A stretch of DNA of 63,686 nucleotides, the filler included, from Octopus bimaculoides (taxonomy: Eukaryota): assembly GCF_001194135.2 (NCBI RefSeq). It is 7 parts of 7 records of this genome, joined end to end, with 100 filler letters (N's around TTAATTAATTAA, not from the genome) between each part and the next. Parts side by side here need not be neighbours in the genome. Positions count along the whole stretch, not along the records: positions 1 to 17,600 come from NC_068993.1; positions 17,701 to 22,233 come from NW_026365812.1; positions 22,334 to 28,225 come from NC_068981.1; 4 more parts are not named here. One strand, 5' to 3'. The position numbers and the translations under genes are program-made. This document shows positions 12,590 to 23,971 of this stretch, in pieces. The notes beneath the pieces were generated by a model. That model was not told the DNA's origin, ran no database searches, and worked only from the letters and a program-made list of their open reading frames with translations. Numbering within the stretch: position 1 is the stretch's first letter; each line of letters starts with the position of its first letter.

Positions 12590-14345
12590 GAAAACAAATG
12601 TTCACAAGTAAAAAGAGTCATAAATATACAAGTATGTATTTATTAAAATAAGATAATCCTTTTGTGTTTATTTATTTAATGCAATTCTGGTGGCTGGTGT
12701 TACTCTGCTAGTTTTACAATATTCTACTCCAATGTTGTCAATGATAATTGAAGATCATCTTTTCCTACAAAGTCAATTTGATTACTAGCTTTTCAGATTC
12801 AGCAAGGTAAGATAAAGAAAAGGCAGTAAAGTACAACCGCACTTCCACACCAGAATAGTGGATACTTTGTAGCAGTGTCATTTCTTTTCCATACATTACG
12901 TTTTCCATCTTTAAATCTTGCCTGAAATATTTCATCATTGTGCAATCCAATGAGATTCTCCTGCAAACAGATATCTATGTCAGCAACATTAACTTCAAAA
13001 AGAAATGTCACCCAATGCAGTATACTTAACTTCAGCAAGTCATTAAACTGAGCTTGCATATCATCATGCAAGTTTTTCAAATGTTCAGTATACAATACAA
13101 GGTCATCATCATGCAGATTATTGTTAATTGATTCCAAACTAGGAAATTGTAAGAATACACAGCATACAATATTTATTTTCTAGAGCTGTACTTTCCCTCG
13201 AAAAGCAGTAATAGCTCCTTTACAGGATAGGAGATCAGAGTTTTCTCCTTGAAGTGGTTTGTTAATCAAATTAATTTTATCAAATATATGATAAAAATCA
13301 GATATATCACATTTAGCTGTAACCATTTGTTGGCTGAGATTGTTGTTAGCCAGAAATGAGACAATAGTGTAGCAAAGTGCAAAAAAAAAAAAAAAANNNN
13401 NNNNNNNNNNNNNNNNNNNNNNNNNNNNNNNNNNNACAATTTACCTTTTGATAACCATCTCATCTCTGTGTGAATTACAAAGTGTTCAAATTCTTCATTT
13501 TGATTACAGAGTTCATGAAATATGCGGTCTTGTAAATAATATTACAATATTAAGGGCATCGTGCAGTTGTGCACTTAATTGTTTTGCAAGTAAGTGTTGC
13601 TGGTGTTACAGCATTTATTAAATATGTAATAAAACCCCTGTATCTGCTAATTATGGATGGAGCACTGTCATTAGCACAAGCTGTTATATTTCTGAGGGGA
13701 ATATTTTGTTCCTCAAAATAAGTTACATCTTTGAAAATTGTTTTGCCTTTAGTGTCTGTTTTAAGTCATCTGGCAAAAAGCATTTCCTCTCTGAATTCAT
13801 TACCAGCCAAAAAACGATCGTATGCTGATAAAATAGCTATACTGTCTCACAGGGTAGATTCATAAGGTTGAAGAGGAAATTTCTAGACTTATAATTTGGC
13901 CACTAGTTGCTTTACTACATGTTAGCCATTTCATCAAAGCACTGTGACACCGATGAGTTACTTAAAGGAATCTTACAAGTAATTTCATTAGCATTTTGTT
14001 TCATAGATGATGAAATTATGACAGATACCACTGGCAAAATTACAGTTTTACCAATATTATGGGGTTTCCTAAACTTGACTATAATTTTTAAAATTTCATA
14101 GGATGCCAGTCAACCATTACTATTTTTACATAATTGATTATTAAGTAACTGATTCACCATTTTTCTTGCTTAAAATTTGTCGCATAGTTTTCTAAAATAT
14201 TCTACTGGATTGTTTTACTTATCTTTGAGTTTGGTCTCTGAATGGATTTTAAGCTTAGCTGACTTCATGCTGACACATTGGTTTCACTTCATTCTGTGGC
14301 AATAGAATAATGCCCCAAGACAGATATTCAATGGAATACTGTCTG
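12590..14345 (-). mobile_element. hAT (Charlie/Buster/SCAND3-like) transposase fossil
   Basis: N-terminal KKYRQYSIEYLSWG..PMC..MKSAKLKIH; C-terminal HLKNLHDDMQAQFNDL, AFSLSYLAE, LQLSLTTLE; many stops; no TIRs identified. Confidence 0.8.
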
Positions 14346-15456
14346 TATTTCTTCTGAGACGGAGGAGCAGAATTTTGGTTTAAGCACCCCAAATAAACCC
14401 TCATAATTTTTTTTTTTTTTTTGGAATTTTCAGAAAATTTTTATGAATTTGTCTTCTACATAAGGGAATTCATAAGATTATGCATATAAAATTTCTGTAT
14501 GTGATTTAGGCAATTTATCCATTGTTTTTAGCAGGTCACACAACCTCCTTATACCTTNNNNNNNNNNNNNNNNNNNNNNNNNNNNNNNNNNNNNNNNNNN
14601 NNNNNNNNNNNNNNNNNNNNNNNNNNNNNNNNNNNNNNNNNNNNNNNNNNNNNNNNNNNNNNNNNNNNNNNNNNNNNNNNNNNNNNNNNNNNNNNNNNNN
14701 NNNNNNNNNNNNNNNNNNNNNNNNNNNNNNNNNNNNNNNNNNNNNNNNNNNNNNNNNNNNNNNNNNNNNNNNNNNNNNNNNNNNNNNNNNNNNNNNNNNN
14801 NNNNNNNNNNNNNNNNNNNNNNNNNNNNNNNNNNNNNNNNNNNNNNNNNNNNNNNNNNNNNNNNNNNNNNNNNNNNNNNNNNNNNNNNNNNNNNNNNNNN
14901 NNNNNNNNNNNNNNNNNNNNNNNNNNNNNNNNNNNNNNNNNNNNNNNNNNNNNNNNNNNNNNNNNNNNNNNNNNNNNNNNNNNNNNNNNNNNNNNNNNNN
15001 NNNNNNNNNNNNNNNNNNNNNNNNNNNNNNNNNNNNNNNNNNNNNNNNNNNNNNNNNNNNNNNNNNNNNNNNNNNNNNNNNNNNNNNNNNNNNNNNNNNN
15101 NNNNNNNNNNNNNNNNNNNNNNNNNNNNNNNNNNNNNNNNNNNNNNNNNNNNNNNNNNNNNNNNNNNNNNNNNNNNNNNNNNNNNNNNNNNNNNNNNNNN
15201 NNNNNNNNNNNNNNNNNNNNNNNNNNNNNNNNNNNNNNNNNNNNNNNNNNNNNNNNNNNNNNNNNNNNNNNNNNNNNNNNNNNNNNNNNNNNNNNNNNNN
15301 NNNNNNNNNNNNNNNNNNNNNNNNNNNNNNNNNNNNNNNNNNNNNNNNNNNNNNNNNNNNNNNNNNNNNNNNNNNNNNNNNNNNNNNNNNNNNNNNNNNN
15401 NNNNNNTATATATATATATATGTAAATATAATATGTGGCAATTATTCGGTAGCCAT

Positions 15457-15517
15457 GATAAAACTCCAAGTTTCGGATGTCGGGGCAGAAACCCACGCCG
15501 GCATCTCTTCAGTTATC
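15457..15517 (-). ncRNA. Type I hammerhead ribozyme-like motif (probably Penelope-like repeat)
   Basis: GATAA-CTGAAGA-(GATG...CATC stem II)-GAAA-CTTGGAG-TT-TTATC; stem I GATAA/TTATC is a perfect 5 bp. Confidence 0.6.
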
Positions 15518-16132
15518 AGGCCATCAAAAAACAATACGATGAAAATGACCATTAAAACAAAGGGAAACTACTGTGTGATTGACCGTTATTAAGACAAAAA
15601 AGCTATTAGAATGACCGCTAAGTAAAGGGAGGGAGTAAAGGTAAGGGAGTAAAAATGTTCATAGTAATCTCGTAAGCGCACATGTCTATACATATATATG
15701 CATGCCCACACACCCACATACATGCACCTATATGTATATATTCATCCATCGTCACTTGAAACATGCATATGCTCACTCACACATTCACCAAAAAATATAT
15801 ACATACCCGCATACATGCTCGCACACACACACATGCGCACAAAAAAAGGTTCATACACACGTCTATATATGCACATGCACTAGAAAAAACAGGGCTAAAG
15901 GTAAAATACAGAAAAATGTGTAAAAAAAAGTGTAAAAAATAAGCAATAAGAGTAAAACACGTCTATATACGCACATATTCACATGCACGCACACACACAT
16001 GTCTATATACACACATCCACACGCATGCACAAAAAACCCATATACACGTCTATATACGCACAGGAAAGATGTAGGGTGGAAGGTAGAATACAGAAAAATT
16101 ATGTGTAAAAAAAAATATATATATATATGTGT

Positions 16133-16294
16133 GCAGGAGTGGCTGTGTGGTAAGTAGCTTGCTTACCAACCACATGGTTCCAGGTTCATTCTCACTGCGT
16201 GGCACCTTGGGCAAGTGTCTTCTACTATAGCCTCAGGCCGACCAAAGCCTTGTGAGTGGATTTGGCAGACAGAAACTGAAAGAAGCCTGTCGTA
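16133..16294 (+). mobile_element. tRNA-derived SINE family B (CORE-like), 5' half, interrupted by a transposon
   Basis: GCAGGAGTGGCTGTGTGGTAAG head, CCTTGGGCAAGTGTCTT CORE-like motif; same family as 31406-31846. Confidence 0.85.
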
Positions 16295-17581
16295 CAGGGT
16301 GGGAAAGCAAAATTTACAATATTTTGAGGCAGGGATTGAAAGACAGTGCATGACCAATTAGTTTATTGAAAGTCATGAGAATTTATTTCCCACAAGAAAC
16401 TTTACATAATAGAAAATATTTTTAGTCTATGTGTTCTTCTTTCTCAATAACTGCCTTCACACGCTTCTTGAAACTTGCACAAGTGTTCCTCAAATATTCG
16501 AGAGACAACTTCTCCCATTCTTCTTTAATAGTATCTTTAAGAGAGTCGACATTGCTGTGTGATGTTCTATTGTTAGCATGTTCTAAAACGCCCCAAATAG
16601 CTTTATCCAGAGGGTTTAGATCTGGGCTAGAAGGCGGCCATAAACATGATTCCAAAAAATTGCTGAAGTTGGATTTACAGAAATGTTGTATTTTTCTAGC
16701 TGTGTGGGCTGGAGCACCATCCTGTGTCCATACATAATTACCATCTGGGTAGTTTGCTTCAAGCCATTGCAATACCTGGTATCTCAGAATCTTGTAGTAA
16801 GTATTAACATTGATCTTTTCATCAGCTTTATAGAATTTTATAGGCATTTTCTTTCCATCGGAAGCCACAACACCAAAAGCCATAACTTGAGCAGGATGTT
16901 TTGTTTTGAATGTCCCCTTAACCTCAGCTGTCAGTTTTGCGATAAATCTGTCATTTCTGCGCTTCAGAACAGTATCGACAGTGAAGATCTTTTCATCTGA
17001 AAAGATCGTTACAATGGAGGATTTTTTCTTGAACCATGTAATAATTTTTTTGCACCTTTCCAATCTCTTTTCCTTCATAACTGTTGTCAACAAGTGTTTT
17101 GGTGTTGTTATGTACGATTTTAAACTCAAATCATATTTTACTGCATTTCGAATGGTCTTGTTGTCTACCTCAAGTTCAATTGCCATTTTGCTCATGGAAT
17201 CGGTTGCATCGTCTAGGATTTTGAATATGAGAGCTTTAATAAAAGCTTTGGTATGTTTTTTGTTGATTCCTCCACTTCCAGACTTCCTCGTAATAGTTTT
17301 GCTCATAGTCATTCTATTCTTTACATTATAAACAGTCTTTATGGGCACTCCAACTATTCTTGAAATCTCCTTTGGTGTGACGAGTGCATTCAGCAAATCA
17401 CACACTCTTTGACATTTGCTTTCCTGATTACTCACATGGGCAAAAGTTTCTGAAAAGGTAAGGATAATAGTGTCAGGTATGATTCTGATATCAATAGATG
17501 CTAGGTTTCAAAACAATTGACCTAGTGCCTGCTGAGAAAAAACAACTTAACTTTCATTGTAAATTTTGCTTCTCCACCCTG
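16295..17581 (-). mobile_element. Full-length Tc1/mariner element, DD37D (maT) family
   Basis: 26-bp TIRs CAGGGTGG(GA/AG)AAGCAAAATTTACAAT at 16295-16320 and 17556-17581 (24/26 match); TA on both flanks; 1287 bp. Confidence 0.95.
16422..17435 (-). CDS. DD37D transposase, 337 aa, uninterrupted frame
   Basis: IFSDEKIF / WTQDGAPAH / SSPDLNPLD with 37 residues between the second and third Asp; the ORF starts at GTG within ATGTGAGT, so the start codon may be damaged. Confidence 0.9.
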   Translation of the reverse strand: MSNQESKCQRVCDLLNALVTPKEISRIVGVPIKTVYNVKNRMTMSKTITRKSGSGGINKKHTKAFIKALIFKILDDATDSMSKMAIELEVDNKTIRNAVKYDLSLKSYITTPKHLLTTVMKEKRLERCKKIITWFKKKSSIVTIFSDEKIFTVDTVLKRRNDRFIAKLTAEVKGTFKTKHPAQVMAFGVVASDGKKMPIKFYKADEKINVNTYYKILRYQVLQWLEANYPDGNYVWTQDGAPAHTARKIQHFCKSNFSNFLESCLWPPSSPDLNPLDKAIWGVLEHANNRTSHSNVDSLKDTIKEEWEKLSLEYLRNTCASFKKRVKAVIEKEEHID

Positions 17582-17700
17582 TATATATATATATATATAT
17601 NNNNNNNNNNNNNNNNNNNNNNNNNNNNNNNNNNNNNNNNNNNNTTAATTAATTAANNNNNNNNNNNNNNNNNNNNNNNNNNNNNNNNNNNNNNNNNNNN

Positions 17701-17746
<46 letters not shown>

Positions 17747-18169
17747 CCTCCATTCAATTACTATTAATTTTACTATTGTAGGATGGATGCTACTATACGA
17801 GTAGAAAGGAAGGAGGCATTGTTGAGAGGGTGAGGTTTAAATAAATTTTATGAAGAATTTATATTTCAAATCAGGCTAGTAGGAATTATTGACAATATTA
17901 AGAAAAAAACAGACATATTAGGTTGGGTATTTTAAGAAATAAAAATAGCAAAACCATACGGCTAAGGAATGTGTGTGTGTGTGCGCATACGTGCGTGCGT
18001 GCGTGAGAGCAACCGAATAACAAATAAGTTAATTGTCCACAATCAGTTTTAAATGACAGATATTAATTATACGATATAAATGTATGTTCCAAAAGCCACA
18101 TTGAATATATTGTATGTATGTGCATATGTGCATATATCAATGACTAAAGAAATCATTGAATGTTTCTCT

Positions 18170-18575
18170 TGTTTGCAACACAAATAAGCATGAATGTGGT
18201 GGAAAGGAATTCCAAAAAGTTGTTGGACTACACAAAGGGTTATGTACAAGATCTGGGAGGTGAGTCAATGAAGTAAGGCAAGATAAAGATGGGTAGGTTT
18301 GGTGTGTCTGAGTGGAGAAGCTGTGCTATTAGTTTATTAAAAAAGAGCAGCGGCCATTAAAGAGGCAAAAAGAGAAAACTATGTTTCATGAGCCAGAAGT
18401 TGAAGCATGCTAGTGACTGAATCTTTTCAAAATCAGTTAAACAGATTTCGTTGAAATGCATCCTGGGTTGTAAGTGTGTGCAGCAATAGCAATGTCCCTT
18501 ATATGTGCGCTGTGCTCCAAAGTAGCTTTGTAGAACATCAGCGACTTATCAGGGGTCAAGTATTTCCTGGCCTTA
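18170..18575 (-). mobile_element. CR1/L2/Jockey-group LINE 3' fossil
   Basis: Minus translation ARKYLTPDKSLMFYKA...; downstream NGRCS- and WNSFP-like remnants typical of the post-RT region. Confidence 0.5.
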
Positions 18576-19199
18576 AAAAGGAATTCTAATCTTTGTAATG
18601 GCAGTTTTAGTTGTATATATATTAAATATTTTTTTTTGAAAGGAGGTATTTTTTTTATTAATGATAAAATGGAAAGTATAACAGTAAAAAATATGGGTAA
18701 AATAGCAAAAATATCTTAAAAAAGGTTTATTTTTTATTCTTAAAATGGACACAGAAACACTGAGATTAAAGAGATAACATAGTGAGTGTAAAAGCACTTT
18801 TTAATAGATATCACAATATATACATGAGGCACACCATGTATCATTTTAAAATATAGTTGAAAAAAAAGCATTTAGGTCAATTCAAATACAATAAAAAAGT
18901 TTTCAAAAAAAGATTAAGGAAAATGATAATAATGAAGTTCTTTCACACACACACGCACACAAAGTTAATAAATGCCATAGAGAACATATGCAAGCAACTG
19001 AATCTATCTTAGTATATATTACTGGTATATATTTTATCAATCTGGGATGTTTGAAAAGCAATGTAAGCTATAAAAGTTGGTATTGCAAGAAATAGAATTA
19101 AACACTGTCATGAATTTAGTCCAGAGTTCTACTGATTTAACACTATCAAGCTCAATGTAATAATGATTGTTTCTAACATAAGCAGAAGCTCTGAAAATT

Positions 19200-21240
19200 G
19201 GAGGAACAGGTTAGTCAATAAAATCCACACTAGTTCTTGACTGATATTATATTTTATTGCCACCCACCCCCACCCTAAGGATGAAAGACAAAATTGATCC
19301 CTGCAAGATATGAATTCAGAATGTAAATCACTGAAACAAATACTGCAAGGCATTTTTTTCCACTGCTTAATTTTGGCAATCAATTAGCCCTATAATAATA
19401 GTTTCTGATTTAGGCAAAGGCCAACAATTTTGAGGGGAGGGGGTCCGTCGAAACCATCAATAACAGTATTTGACTGGTACTTTATATCATCAACCCCTAA
19501 AAGGATGAAAGGCAAAGTTGACCTTCGCAATAGTGGAAGTCAGAACATAAGGTGTCAGAACAAATACTACAAATCATTTTATCTGACAAAAATCATTGAA
19601 AATCTACCAGCCTTATAATTATAACACTAATAGTAATGAGCTATTTTATAACAAAGTTAATAAGACTTCTTTTTTAGCTTCATTTCAGTATATTATTTTT
19701 TTTTTACTCTAGGCACAAGGCCTGAAATTTTGGGGGAGGAGGGGCAGTCCATTAGATCAACCCCAGTATGCAACTGGTACTTAATTTATCGATCCCGAAA
19801 GGATGAAAGGCAAAGTCGACCTTGGCGGAATTTGAACTCAGAACGTAAAGACAGATGAAATACCACTAAGCATTTTGTCTGGCATGCTAACATTTCTGCC
19901 AGCTCACTGCCTTATCTCAGTGTATTATTATTACTCTACTGATCTCATTCCTGAAGAAGTGAATGATATGGTAAATCTCAGCAGTATATGATCAGAAAAC
20001 AATGAAGTACCAAATCTAAATAACAAATCACTCAGCCCCATCTCTAACTGTCTCATTCATCTCTGGCAATAATGTTTTTGTGGGGAGGAAGAGAACAGTT
20101 CATTGTATTGACCTCAGTTATTTAATGGTACTTACTTTATTGACCCCAGAAGGATTAAAGGCAAAGTTGACCCAAGCAGGATTTGAACTCAGAGTATAAA
20201 GGGATGTAACTAAATGCTACAAGATATTTTGTCCATCACTCTATCAATTCTAACAATCCAGCCTTCTAACAATAGCAATTTTAATAAGAATATGGTATAA
20301 ATTTATAAAAATAGATTAGAGCTCAACATTAAATAATTAAAAAGCTATGATATTTTCTTATAAAGCCATGTAACCCAAATCAAAAGATATTAGAAGTTGT
20401 AACATTAATGCATTTCCTAAAGACGAAGTAGTTACAGCAGGAGAATGACATCAAGTCATATATCTAGTGTCTGCCATAAGAACTAATAATTCTTTCTAAT
20501 TTAGGTACAATACCTAGAACTTTGTGGAAAGGGGCTAGTCAATTATATTGAACCAAGTGAGCAACTGGTACTTTATTTTATCAACCCTAAAATGATGAAT
20601 GGTAAAGTCAATCCTGGCAGCATTTGAAATCAGAATGCTGGTCAAGTCAGAAGAAATGCTGGCTGATTAGCATTTTTTCTGACATGCTATCAATTCTGCC
20701 AGCTCACCACCTTGAGAAGAAAGAGAAATAATAATAATAATAATAATCCTTTCTACTAAAGACACAAGACCTGAAATTTGAGAGGGGACTAGTCGGTTAC
20801 ATTGACTGCAGTATTCAACTGGTACTTAATCTATCAACCCCATAAGGATGAAAGGCAAAGTTGACCTCAGCAGAATTTGAACTCAAGAACGTAGTAGCAG
20901 AATAAATACTGTTAAGCATTTTGCCCAGCGGACAAACAATCCTGCCAGCTCGCTGCCTTAATAATAATAATAATAAAGAATGTTTTCTATGATTTTCTGA
21001 AATGATTTCTAATATATTGTAATAATAATGGTTTCAAATTCTGACCAGTAATTTTAGGGAGAGGAGTTGGTCAATTACATCAGCCCCAGTACTTGTACTT
21101 GACTGGTACTTATTTTACTGACCCCAAAGAATGAAAAAGGTAAAGTTAACGTTGGTGGAATCTTAACTCACAATAAAGAGCTGGAAGAAATGCTAAGAAT
21201 TTTGACTGGTATGGTAACAATTCTTCCAGCTTACCACCAT
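19200..21240 (-). mobile_element. Array of seven head-to-tail SINE family A copies
   Basis: Cores (GGATGAAAGGCAAAGTTGACC-like) at about 19280, 19500, 19800, 20155, 20590, 20845 and 21130, separated by AAT-rich spacers. Confidence 0.85.
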
Positions 21241-21264
21241 AACAACCACAACAACAATAATAAC

Positions 21265-21296
<32 letters not shown>

Positions 21297-21424
21297 TGAT
21301 GATGATGATGACGATGATGATGAAAATAACCACAAATTAATTGTCTTTAAATGTGCCAGGTAAAATTTAAAGAAAAAAGTAAAGTAAAAGATACAGGATA
21401 TTTTATAAGAAGTTATGAAAATGA

Positions 21425-21607
21425 TCAGATAGCCATGAAATCAGTTTTGTTGGTGATTTCAACCAGTAACTTGCCAGGACGCTGAATGTCTCCTTCTTTT
21501 CCACGTCCAAAGAGTTCCACTTCTTTAATTGTTCTATCACATTCTTCTATTGTAGTGAACACATGCTTCCCCATGTATTCATCTTTCAGCAGATTGTTGT
21601 TCCAGAT
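21425..21607 (-). CDS. Terminal coding exon resembling the calpain-5 (CAPN5/TRA-3 type) C-terminal C2 domain
   Basis: TTTGCAG acceptor at 21608-21614, phase 0; IWNNNLLKDEYMGKHVF...RPGKLLVEITNKTDFMAI* resembles the CAPN5 C-terminus as I recall it (VWNHRVLKDEFLGQV...PGTVAVHILSSTSLMAV*). Confidence 0.7.
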   Translation of the reverse strand: MWNNNLLKDEYMGKHVFTTIEECDRTIKEVELFGRGKEGDIQRPGKLLVEITNKTDFMAI

Positions 21608-21956
21608 CTGCAAATAGATGAGGTACACATAAACAAAAGATATTTAGTACATCATTTTAAAACTTCATTTACAATCATTTAATAATTATTCAATACAATC
21701 CATCTTGCATACTGCTATAGTCATTCTGACAACTACTCATTAATTTTCATGTGCTATGTAGGAATTCTTTTAACATATGTTGAACATGATCCTTCAGAAT
21801 TCTTAAAAAAAACAATTATTGGCTATAAAATCATCTAAATACACAACAAGGAACAAATGAATGCAAGAAATCAAGTGGGCAGTATATTTTGATGAGATAA
21901 TTATTTGTCCTAATAAACACCAGGGGTATATACTAGAGTTATATATTCGAACCCAT

Positions 21957-21997
<41 letters not shown>

Positions 21998-22803
21998 ATG
22001 TATATATATATATATATATACTGTCTTATCTTCGAAACGTCAGGTTAGAATAGAGACAGCTGATGAAGGAATATTCCAAGTGGCTTTCCGTTTTCCTATG
22101 TGTTCGTTCCATTGTCTGTAGTTCATTGTTCTAACGTCCTATACCCTGATATGCATATATATACACATGTAGATGTAAGTATGTACATATATGTGTGTAT
22201 ACATGTATATATATTCTTTGTATTATATATATANNNNNNNNNNNNNNNNNNNNNNNNNNNNNNNNNNNNNNNNNNNNTTAATTAATTAANNNNNNNNNNN
22301 NNNNNNNNNNNNNNNNNNNNNNNNNNNNNNNNNTATATATACAGACATTTGTACATATGTGTGTATGTTCGTATGTGTATGTGTCGTATGGTTTATTGAG
22401 CAAATGCAAGCAAATATTAGAAATCCATGTGTTAGGTTTCCTCTCAAAATTTCGGATGCTTTATTATTCCATCTTTCATTCTGTCCTTCTATTCCAATTT
22501 GTGTATGCAAAGAAGTACAAGTGTAAAATAAATGTGTAGAAAAAGATTTAGGCTTATCGAATATATCTTACAGCTATGTCATTATCAATAGTATCCGTTA
22601 TGCAAGGAATACCATAAGAACAGAATAAATCTTTCATTCATCAGAAATTGTATAACGAACGTAATTCGCACCTAAGTTATACATAGCATTCGAGCAAAAT
22701 TTGACGGTTTGCATAAAAGGAAAATAATACAATATCCCAATAAAAACAAAAATATTTTTAAAATTAAAAATAAATATCAACTAGATTGTGACTTGCTTCT
22801 ATA

Positions 22804-22941
22804 TCAATTTCGATGTACAGACACAGTTAGGCGACTGCTGTGTCCTTTCTTGCTGATCACGGCATCGTAGATTCCACTGCATCTGTCCACGCCACATCTT
22901 ACAGCCTTTGCAGTGTTCGCAATGCATTGAGCAGCAGCCAT
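22804..22941 (-). CDS. Candidate small ORF, 45 aa, unknown function
   Basis: AACAACATGGCT start context; MAAAQCIANTAKAVRCGVDRCSGIYDAVISKKGHSSRLTVSVHRN*; in-frame TAA just upstream; AATAAA at 22460-22465 downstream. Confidence 0.3.
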   Translation of the reverse strand: MAAAQCIANTAKAVRCGVDRCSGIYDAVISKKGHSSRLTVSVHRN

Positions 22942-23029
22942 GTTGTTGGCAGTTTAATACCCGGCGCCATTCATGAAGCTAACGTTATCTCAACCATATT
23001 TTCCATCTGTATGCTCTCCAACGCCGTTG

Positions 23030-23095
23030 TCTGTTCACCAATACGTCATCAGATTTAGCGCGAACGCTATGCATAATTGACATTGGTCAGTGACA
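23030..23095. promoter_or_regulatory. Promoter-like motif cluster (two CCAAT boxes, CRE/ATF-like site)
   Basis: CCAAT 23038-23042, TACGTCATCA 23042-23051, ATTGG 23082-23086, within a non-repetitive, CpG-containing island. Confidence 0.35.
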
Positions 23096-23690
23096 AAGCA
23101 TCAAGAAAAATGGTAGTCTTGTTAAAATGGGAAAGGGAGTTTACATAATAAAGTGATAAGAGTAGAGAATGTTTTCTTGTAGAAGAGAAAAAGAATTCCT
23201 TGAGGTCCACGTTATGACTATGATAATGTGTAGAAACAATTCTACATATTAGATATCAGAGTTCTTAGCAAATAATGTCTAGTTCACAGCTAGCTGAAAA
23301 TTATCACTTATTTCCAGACATACCTAGTATATACATATCAACGTAAATAAATATCTTATTAAAATTAGCATACCTACATATCAATACATTACTGTCTGTC
23401 TGTCTGTCTATTGATTTGACCTTACTAATACATGCCTACTTTTAATAAAGCCCTTGATACTTTAAATATAACCATTGGTTCAATAACACTGTGTATAAAC
23501 TTTATACTTTGAATGACCAATTCTAAAGACTATTGTATCTTACTCATAATGTATTAGAATCTTATATGTATACTAGTCTGCCTAAATAATGGATTTAGAA
23601 ATACAATATCCCTGCATATCGTTCCTCTAATTCACTCTCTATTTTGTATTTTATCTAAATTAACTATTGCTTAAATATTCTCTCACATTG

Positions 23691-23736
23691 TCTCCGATGA
23701 AGGAATAGAGTAAATATCCTGAAAGCAGCTGTAAGA
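23691..23736 (+). ncRNA. Degenerate minimal hammerhead motif in a Penelope-like terminal repeat
   Basis: TCT-CCGATGA-AGGA...TCCT-GAAA-GCAGCTG-TA-AGA; one core substitution and one extra G relative to 38470-38523. Confidence 0.55.
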
Positions 23737-23882
23737 CCTTCTATTTATAAATGTTCTAAAATCTACACAACCTTGTTTTTTTTTATCTCATTAGGAAAAG
23801 TAAATCTTTATATATATATATATATACACGCACACACGCACACACACACGCACACACACACACACACATACANNNNNNNNNN

Positions 23883-23971
<89 letters not shown>

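Noticed and set aside
14522-15592. Long ORFs in the track made mostly of X (also ~36.3-37.0, 39.7-40.5, 41.0-41.6, 49.6-50.6, 51.8-52.6, 53.4-54.4, 59.0-59.7 kb)
   Set aside because: They are read-through of N gaps and carry no coding evidence.
16133-16200. tRNA-like A/B boxes
   Set aside because: These are SINE heads; no complete cloverleaf is evident and they continue into SINE bodies.
17601-17700. TTAATTAATTAA flanked by 44 N on each side, six times (17645, 22278, 28270, 35755, 54828, 62176)
   Set aside because: Identical 100-bp N44-12mer-N44 blocks; the palindromic 12-mer has stops in all six frames. This is an artificial scaffold linker, not a biological motif.
19200-21240. Repeat-spacer periodicity resembling a CRISPR-like array
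   Set aside because: Units are ~200-bp diverged SINEs in eukaryotic DNA, with no short identical repeats and no cas genes.
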